The notes beneath the pieces are model-generated. The model was not told the origin of the DNA. It ran no database searches and saw only the letters and a list, made by a program, of their open reading frames with translations. From contig PBAU01000003.1 in assembly GCA_002716355.1 (NCBI GenBank), positions 180,001-212,000 on the forward strand: 32,000 nucleotides of DNA, written 5' to 3'. Positions 26,273 through 32,000 of this stretch are shown here, piece after piece (the first letter of the stretch is position 1; each line of letters begins with the position of its first letter). Position numbers and translations under genes: made by a program. This DNA is from a bacterium. Its GTDB lineage: Bacteria; UBP7; UBA6624.

Positions 26273-29101
26273 TTAAATAGCCTTAATGCACCGATTGCAA
26301 ATTTCATTAGACTCATTTTCTTTGACAAAAAGCCAGCATCTGGGACATTTTTCAAAATGAGATTTCGAAACGGAAATAACTATATCTTCCTGCTTGCTTG
26401 AAAAGGGATGAATCTCCTCACGGTAATCATCTAGCAAATTAATATCCACACCACTGACGTTGAATATCCCATTCAAGTAAGGCTTGCTTGCGACAAGGGC
26501 ATCTTTTTCATCTTCGTTGACATAACACGTTATCCAAGACTCTAAAGGTTGCGATATAACTTCTTTTTCTTTAGCAATTTCAATTGCTTTTTGGACCTCT
26601 TTTGCTATTTTAAATACTGCATCATTAATATATGTGCCTGAATTAAATTTAGCAAAATACTTATCACTTGGATCAAGGTCTACAAAATGAATGGAAGACT
26701 CAGATGATGGTTTATTTTTCCATGAGTGCCATGACTCTTCTGTCGTAAATGGCAAAATTGGAGATATCCAAATTAATATCCTGCGTAACAAGATAGAACT
26801 GACGGTAAGTGCAGATTTTCTAGAGTTGCTCTCATCTTTATCAGCATAAACCCTGTCTTTAATCGCATTTAAATAACCGGAAGAAAGCTCACCTATGAAC
26901 AATCCAAAATCCTCTGAAAAGCCATGAAGGTCATAATTGTCTAGCAATTCAGACCATTTATCTTCCCTCTCAAAAAAGGTTGCCAAGGCCCATTTGTCAT
27001 AATTGTTTAAAGAAACATCGTCTGAGTGTTTGAAATCATTCAGGATACCCAAAAGAAACCTAATAGTGTTTCTGATCTTCCTATACCTTCCACTCACTTT
27101 AACCAAAACATCCTTTCCGGCTTTAACAGGTGATGAAAAATCAGCACTTACTGACCAAAGTCTGAGTATATCTGCACCTAAATCATTACAAACTTTAATT
27201 GGGTCAACAACGTTGCCTACACTTTTGCTCATTTTCAAGCCTTTTTCATCAACAACAAAAGCATGGGTAAGGCAATCCTTAAACGGCAACGAGCCTGTCC
27301 CTGAAACTGCAGGTATTATGGAGAGCTGAAACCAACCTCTGTATTGGTCATCTCCTTCTAGATACAAATCTGCTGGATAGCTTAAACCTCTTTCCATAAC
27401 AACAGATCTATGACTTGAACCAGATTCAAACCATACATCAAATATATCATTAAGCTTTTCTAGCTTTTTACCTTGGAATTTTTTTGGCCTTAAGCTGTTT
27501 GGAGCAAGTTTTTCACAATCATACTCATCATCAAACCATATACCACTGCCCTTTTCAGAAACCAAATCAACAATATGCTCAACTACTTTAGGGGTACACA
27601 AAACATCACCGGTTTCAGGATCTTCAAATGCAGGAATCGCTATTCCCCATTTTCTCTGCCTGCTGATACACCAATCAGGTCTACCCTCAATCATTTTGTT
27701 CATTCTTGTCTGACCCCATTCTGGAACCCATTTACCTTTTGAAACCAAATCAAGAACCTTCCCCCTTAAACTCTCGTCTGAAAGGTCATTGTCCATCTTT
27801 ACAAACCATTGTGGAGTGGCCCTAAAAATAATGGGTTTCTTTGTTCTCCAACAATGAGCAACGCTATGTGAAATTGTTCCTGACCAAAGCAAGGTTTTGC
27901 TTTTCTTTAAAGAAGCAAGAATCTTTTCCTGTGCATCAAAAATATTAACACCACATAAGTCCAAAAGATCTTTGCTTAGCTCTTTAACTCCCAACTCTTC
28001 CTGAAAAGCTTCCTTTTTAAAATAATTACCTTTTGAATCAACAGGGCAAACTATCCTGAGTTTCCATTTTAAAGCTGCCAAAAAATCATCAGGGCCATGA
28101 CCTGGAGCAGTATGAACCAAGCCAGTCCCATCTTCCATGCTGACATAATCCATTGCAACAACCTTGCCTTCAGAATCAGCAAATGGCAACTCATAACTAA
28201 AGGAAAGCAAATCTTTTCCCTTAACCATCATTACAGCTTCCCCTAACTCAACCTTCTCTTTCCAATTTGCTTCAAGCTTAGATGCCAAAATAACAAAATC
28301 CTTGCCATAGGGGTAAACTCCATAATCTTCATTTTCATTGACGGCTACAGCAACATTACTAGGCAGTGTCCAAGGTGTTGTTGTCCAAATCAATAAGTTC
28401 AAGCTCCCAGATAATTTCTTTTTCAGTGGAGATGGAATACTTGGGTCCAAAACTTTAAAGGCGACTACGATCGAATGGTCTTCCCTATCTTCATATTCAA
28501 GTTCCGCTTCAGCCAAGGCAGACTCAGCAGCCCAACTCCAATGAACTGGCTTTGAAGATCTTTCAATCAAACCTTTTGACAACATCAATCTGAAAGTTTC
28601 TAAAACACCAGCCTCATACTCTGGATCAGTTGTCAAATAAGGATTCTCCCAATCACCCAAGACACCCAACCTTTCAAATTGACCTTTCTGTCTCTCCATG
28701 TATTTCATAGCAAGGTAATAGCACTTCATCCTGAATTTTGAAATCGTCATCTCTTCAGGGATTCTTCCACCAAGATTCTTTATGACTTTATGTTCCACAG
28801 GAAGACCATGACAATCCCATCCAGGAACAAATGGAACCGAGTAACCCTGAATCCACTTATACCTCATCACTATATCCTTCAATATCTTATTCATGGCCGT
28901 ACCCACATGAATGTCTCCATTTGCATACGGAGGACCATCATGCAAAACAAAAGATGGTGAATCTTTTCTTAACTCCTGCCTTCTTGAATAAAGATTTATA
29001 CCTTTCCAAAAATCAAGCCAGCCCGGCTCCTGCTTCGATAAACCTGCGCGCATAGGGAAATCCGTTTCCGGCAATATCAATGTCTCTTTCCAATTTTTCA
29101 A
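26273..29101 (-). CDS. ileS: Isoleucine--tRNA ligase (bacterial type 1 with C-terminal zinc-finger)
   Basis: 942 aa. The HIGH region is PYANGDIHVGT and KMSKS is present (GLKMSKSVGN). The C-terminal motif is CPRC...C.RC. The N-terminus KETL.LPETDFPMRAGL is canonical. The start codon read from the sequence is TTG at 29099-29101. Confidence 0.96.
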   Translation of the reverse strand: MKNWKETLILPETDFPMRAGLSKQEPGWLDFWKGINLYSRRQELRKDSPSFVLHDGPPYANGDIHVGTAMNKILKDIVMRYKWIQGYSVPFVPGWDCHGLPVEHKVIKNLGGRIPEEMTISKFRMKCYYLAMKYMERQKGQFERLGVLGDWENPYLTTDPEYEAGVLETFRLMLSKGLIERSSKPVHWSWAAESALAEAELEYEDREDHSIVVAFKVLDPSIPSPLKKKLSGSLNLLIWTTTPWTLPSNVAVAVNENEDYGVYPYGKDFVILASKLEANWKEKVELGEAVMMVKGKDLLSFSYELPFADSEGKVVAMDYVSMEDGTGLVHTAPGHGPDDFLAALKWKLRIVCPVDSKGNYFKKEAFQEELGVKELSKDLLDLCGVNIFDAQEKILASLKKSKTLLWSGTISHSVAHCWRTKKPIIFRATPQWFVKMDNDLSDESLRGKVLDLVSKGKWVPEWGQTRMNKMIEGRPDWCISRQRKWGIAIPAFEDPETGDVLCTPKVVEHIVDLVSEKGSGIWFDDEYDCEKLAPNSLRPKKFQGKKLEKLNDIFDVWFESGSSHRSVVMERGLSYPADLYLEGDDQYRGWFQLSIIPAVSGTGSLPFKDCLTHAFVVDEKGLKMSKSVGNVVDPIKVCNDLGADILRLWSVSADFSSPVKAGKDVLVKVSGRYRKIRNTIRFLLGILNDFKHSDDVSLNNYDKWALATFFEREDKWSELLDNYDLHGFSEDFGLFIGELSSGYLNAIKDRVYADKDESNSRKSALTVSSILLRRILIWISPILPFTTEESWHSWKNKPSSESSIHFVDLDPSDKYFAKFNSGTYINDAVFKIAKEVQKAIEIAKEKEVISQPLESWITCYVNEDEKDALVASKPYLNGIFNVSGVDINLLDDYREEIHPFSSKQEDIVISVSKSHFEKCPRCWLFVKENESNEICNRCIKAI

Positions 29102-29182
29102 AATACAAAAACCTCACGAAACCTGAATGGCTTTATGAAAGGTTAATTCTAATCTTTTAAACAAGCATAAATACCAAGGAAT

Positions 29183-30121
29183 CTATTTACCGAGAATAGA
29201 AGTGATTTTTCCAATCAAATCTTTTGACATGTCGAAATCAACATTAGAAATGTTTTCCTTAAGCTGTTCAAGATTGGTTACACCAATGATAGCACTGCTT
29301 ACTTCTTTCTTTCGTAATATCCAAGAGAGAGCTAGCTGTGGCAAGGTGCAACCAACATCCTTTGCAATCAATTCAAGCTTCTCTATTTTTTGAAAAGTTT
29401 CTTCATTCATGTATGGATTTAAAAACTCAGTGGACTCTGCCCTTGTTCCTTTTGGAATTGATCCTGAATTATATTTTCCAGTCAGCATACCGCCAGCCAA
29501 TGGGCTCCACACTGTCAAACCCATACCAAGACTTGAAGCAGTTAACATCTGATCTTCTTCTATGCCTCTTTCCAACATGTTGTAATGAGGCTGCTCAACC
29601 TGTGGCGAATACCCATTAAATTTTTCTGCAAAAGCACATGCATTTCTCATCTGTTCAGAAGCCCAAACGCTGGTGCCCCAATAATGAATCATTCCGTTGC
29701 TTACAAGATCACTCATCGCTCTAACTGTTTCTTCAAGCGGAGTCTCATCGTCATAACGGTGACAAAAATAAATATCCAAATAATCTGTACCCAATCGCTC
29801 AAGTGACTTTTCACAAGATTCAATAATGTGCTTCCTGCTGAGCCCCCTATCGTTTACGTTTTCAGACATGGTTCCAAAAACCTTGCTAGATATCACAAGG
29901 TCACTTCTTTTCATTTCAGTTATAGCCTTCCCTAAGACAATTTCTGATTTTCCTTGAGAGTAAACATCAGCAGTGTCAAAAAAATTGATACCATTTTCAA
30001 ATGCAAAATGAACACATTCAATTGCTGTTTTATCATCAACAGAACCGCCTTGAGTAAGCCAACCACCTAAAGAAACAGCAGAGACCTTTAAACCCGATTG
30101 ACCTAAATTACGATATTCCAT
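29183..30121 (-). CDS. Aldo/keto reductase (Kv-beta / Tas-like subfamily)
   Basis: MEYRNLGQSGLKVSAVSLGGW, FFDTADVY..G.SE..LG and the overall AKR pattern. The track ORF starts at the ATG at 30133 (MILVMEYR...). The second ATG at 30119-30121 gives the canonical M.YR.LG.SGL N-terminus. Confidence 0.88.
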   Translation of the reverse strand: MEYRNLGQSGLKVSAVSLGGWLTQGGSVDDKTAIECVHFAFENGINFFDTADVYSQGKSEIVLGKAITEMKRSDLVISSKVFGTMSENVNDRGLSRKHIIESCEKSLERLGTDYLDIYFCHRYDDETPLEETVRAMSDLVSNGMIHYWGTSVWASEQMRNACAFAEKFNGYSPQVEQPHYNMLERGIEEDQMLTASSLGMGLTVWSPLAGGMLTGKYNSGSIPKGTRAESTEFLNPYMNEETFQKIEKLELIAKDVGCTLPQLALSWILRKKEVSSAIIGVTNLEQLKENISNVDFDMSKDLIGKITSILGK

Positions 30122-30153
30122 AACCAGAATCATAACAATATATGGTTATGATT
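30119..30153. repeat. Overlapping inverted repeats in the divergent AKR/NPP control region
   Basis: AATCATAAC (30128-30136) and GTTATGATT (30145-30153) are perfect 9-bp reverse complements separated by 8 nt. CATAACCA (30119-30126) is also the perfect reverse complement of TGGTTATG (30143-30150). Both candidate AKR start codons lie inside the arms. Confidence 0.6.
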
Positions 30154-30184
30154 TCTTTCAAAGAAAGAAGAAGGTGGTGTCATC

Positions 30185-31087
30185 ATGAATCTATTGTTTG
30201 TATTATTTTTATTTGTGGCGCCAAGTTTAGAAAAATACTTTTCATATGACTTGCCCAAAGAAAAAAAAGCCCTTGTGATCGGTATAGATGGCTTACGTCC
30301 AGACTCAATGACTCACGCAAAAACCCCCAATATAGATTTCCTTATAGATAATGGGTCTGTCTCTTTTAATGCTTATGCTGGTGGCAATCTTGGAACCGAA
30401 ACTGAACAGGTTACATCAAGTGGTCCTGGCTGGTCCTCAATATTGACTGGAGTATGGACCAACAAACATGGCGTTACAGACAACAGCTTTAAAAATCAAA
30501 ACTACAAAGAGTATCCGCATTTTTTCAAAAGAATAAAAGATTTTGATCCAAATTTATACCTAGTTTCATTTGTGCAATGGACACCAATACATACACATAT
30601 CCTTTCAGACGCTGACGAATTTGGCAACGGCAGTGATGAGTATGTCTCTGAAATGGGAGCAAAAAGCATCAAGACCGGCAAGTCAGATGTTGTTTTCTTG
30701 CATTTTGATGATGTGGATCATGCTGGACATGCTTACAGATACGGTAATGATTATCCTGAATATATAGCATCAATTGAAAAAACAGACAAACTGATTGGTT
30801 TTGTATTAGATGAAATCAGAAAAAAGGAAAAAGAGGATTGGTTAATTGTTGTTACGACTGACCATGGAGGAATAAATTACGGACATGGAGGGCAATCGAT
30901 TGATGAGAGAACTATATTTTTCATTAGCTCTGGAGCCGGGCTGCCTATAAAAACATTTGACAAAGGGCCTGGCATGACAGCTGTTGCACCAACTGTTTTT
31001 CGCCACTTGGGCATAACTATAAAACCTGAATGGGGCTGGGAATCTAAACCTTTCCCAAGCCTAGAGAAAGGAGAAAGAGATGAATAA
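30185..31087 (+). CDS. Secreted nucleotide pyrophosphatase/phosphodiesterase (alkaline-phosphatase superfamily, NPP type)
   Basis: 300 aa with a hydrophobic N-terminal signal or anchor. GIDGLRPDS (metal and nucleophile region), HFDDVDHAGH and TTDHGG are the NPP-family metal-ligand motifs. AAGGTGG lies 7 nt upstream of the ATG. Confidence 0.8.
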   Translation: MNLLFVLFLFVAPSLEKYFSYDLPKEKKALVIGIDGLRPDSMTHAKTPNIDFLIDNGSVSFNAYAGGNLGTETEQVTSSGPGWSSILTGVWTNKHGVTDNSFKNQNYKEYPHFFKRIKDFDPNLYLVSFVQWTPIHTHILSDADEFGNGSDEYVSEMGAKSIKTGKSDVVFLHFDDVDHAGHAYRYGNDYPEYIASIEKTDKLIGFVLDEIRKKEKEDWLIVVTTDHGGINYGHGGQSIDERTIFFISSGAGLPIKTFDKGPGMTAVAPTVFRHLGITIKPEWGWESKPFPSLEKGERDE

Positions 31088-32000
31088 AAAAATACTTATT
31101 GGGCTAACTGCATTTTTACTTATATTTACCAACTGCAAAAACCAAAACACAACAGATGAAAACCAACTTGCATCACTTGCAAAAGCTGCAGAAGCAACAG
31201 ACAGGCCTAGAGATCCATGGGTTTTCAGGTCTGTCCTGAACGAAAAACCAAGAATGATAACAATTGCCTTGAATGAAAGACTATGGGTGGCATACGACAC
31301 CAAGTATGGAAGCATCTACAAGGCTTGGTATGGTGGCGTGAATTTCAATGGAGCTGTATACACAACATCTCATGGCCCCCAGCCTACCAGCCAAGGTTCT
31401 TCTTACATAAATGGATTGGAAGACAGCAGTGTTTGGTATTTAAATGGTCAAGAAATTGAAGATAAAGATTTTTCCTTTAAGGGTTACTCATTCCTTGATG
31501 ATGCTGTTGTGCTAAGTTACGAAATCAGCAGTTCTGAATCTGAAGTTATAAAGATTTTGGAAAGGCCTGAAGTGGTGATTACAAAATCAGGATCACTTGC
31601 ATTAAAGAGAATTTTTGAGGTTCAAGGTGCTCAAGATATAAAAGTTGAACTTGAAACACCAATCCAGTCAACCTTGGACGCAAATGGCTTAAGCATAAAC
31701 TCCCCTTATACGCTAGAGCAAACATCCACATCCTCATATGAATGGGGAGAAAAAATAAACTACATTGCAAAAATACAACTGAATAAAAACAAGAGAACAA
31801 CAGTAACCACTTTCTTCGACCTTAGGGTTGGAGAAGAAGGAGCTGCAAAAGAAGAAGTCAAAAAAACAGTGCCTTTAGACCCACAGGCAAACATCAACTT
31901 TTCAAATAAGAAAATAAATATAGACGGTCAGGTTGACGAATCATGGCAGTCTGAAGAATACCTAAAGATAGATAATCTTATATATGGAGAAAACGAAATC
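31080..32000 (+). CDS. Putative lipoprotein of unknown function (partial, runs off the right edge)
   Basis: Not in the ORF track because no stop lies within the window. Hand translation from ATG 31080 gives MNKKILIGLTAFLLIFTNCKNQ..., a signal peptide plus lipobox-like FTNC. The frame stays open for 307 codons to the window end. The start overlaps the NPP stop by 8 nt. The distal INIDGQVDESWQSEEY resembles the start of CBM9/DOMON-like modules, a weak assignment. Confidence 0.65.
   Translation, partial: MNKKILIGLTAFLLIFTNCKNQNTTDENQLASLAKAAEATDRPRDPWVFRSVLNEKPRMITIALNERLWVAYDTKYGSIYKAWYGGVNFNGAVYTTSHGPQPTSQGSSYINGLEDSSVWYLNGQEIEDKDFSFKGYSFLDDAVVLSYEISSSESEVIKILERPEVVITKSGSLALKRIFEVQGAQDIKVELETPIQSTLDANGLSINSPYTLEQTSTSSYEWGEKINYIAKIQLNKNKRTTVTTFFDLRVGEEGAAKEEVKKTVPLDPQANINFSNKKINIDGQVDESWQSEEYLKIDNLIYGENEI

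Noticed and set aside
29102-29182. Possible terminator or leader between the aldo/keto reductase and ileS.
   Set aside because: Only a 5-bp AACCT/AGGTT stem with a long loop and no adjoining T-tract could be found. No T-box-like or attenuator-like features are visible, so the evidence is too weak to call.
31061-31800. Minus-strand ORFs 31061-31315 and 31579-31800.
   Set aside because: Both lie inside a plus-strand frame that stays open for 307 codons and begins with a convincing lipoprotein signal. The minus-strand translations are hydrophobic low-complexity strings.
1-32000. tRNA, rRNA, CRISPR arrays, IS elements, integrases, toxin-antitoxin pairs, or an alternative genetic code.
   Set aside because: Non-coding space is limited to a handful of spacers of 85 nt or less. 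No direct-repeat arrays and no transposase or integrase-like ORFs were seen. TGA terminates several well-supported genes (M20D amidohydrolase, cdaA, acpS, rpsS), so code 4 is excluded.

Overview
AT-rich, very tightly packed bacterial chromosomal segment; 48 of the 50 coding regions called are on the minus strand. The core (11381-26187, minus) is a fused str/S10/spc/alpha ribosomal-protein super-operon: rpsL-rpsG, then directly rpsJ-rplC-rplD-rplW-rplB-rpsS-rplV-rpsC-rplP-rpmC-rpsQ-rplN-rplX-rplE-rpsN-rpsH-rplF-rplR-rpsE-rplO-secY-adk-infA-rpmJ-rpsM-rpsK-rpoA-rplQ-rplM-rpsI. rpmJ is too short for the ORF track and was found by hand translation. fusA/tuf, rpmD, map and rpsD are all absent from their canonical positions. 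Upstream on the same strand are ileS and an aldo/keto reductase. With no spacer above 23 nt, the array continues downstream into cdaA-cdaR (c-di-AMP synthesis), acpS, two glycosyltransferases, nadE and an overlap-coupled four-gene accessory cassette. That cassette encodes an M20D amidohydrolase, a tocopherol-cyclase-family protein, a flavin-dependent-halogenase-like protein and a Delta9-type membrane desaturase. It is the best candidate here for an uncharacterised lipid or prenylquinone tailoring system. A BioH-like alpha/beta hydrolase converges on the cassette, followed by gcvT and the start of gcvH. The right end holds a divergent plus-strand pair: a secreted NPP-type phosphodiesterase and a partial lipoprotein. 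I saw no tRNA, rRNA, CRISPR array, transposase or integrase. TGA acts as a stop codon, so the standard bacterial code applies. Lineage cannot be assigned from sequence alone. A CdaA-type cyclase and a divergent RpoA suggest it is not a classical alpha-, beta- or gammaproteobacterium, but this is inference.
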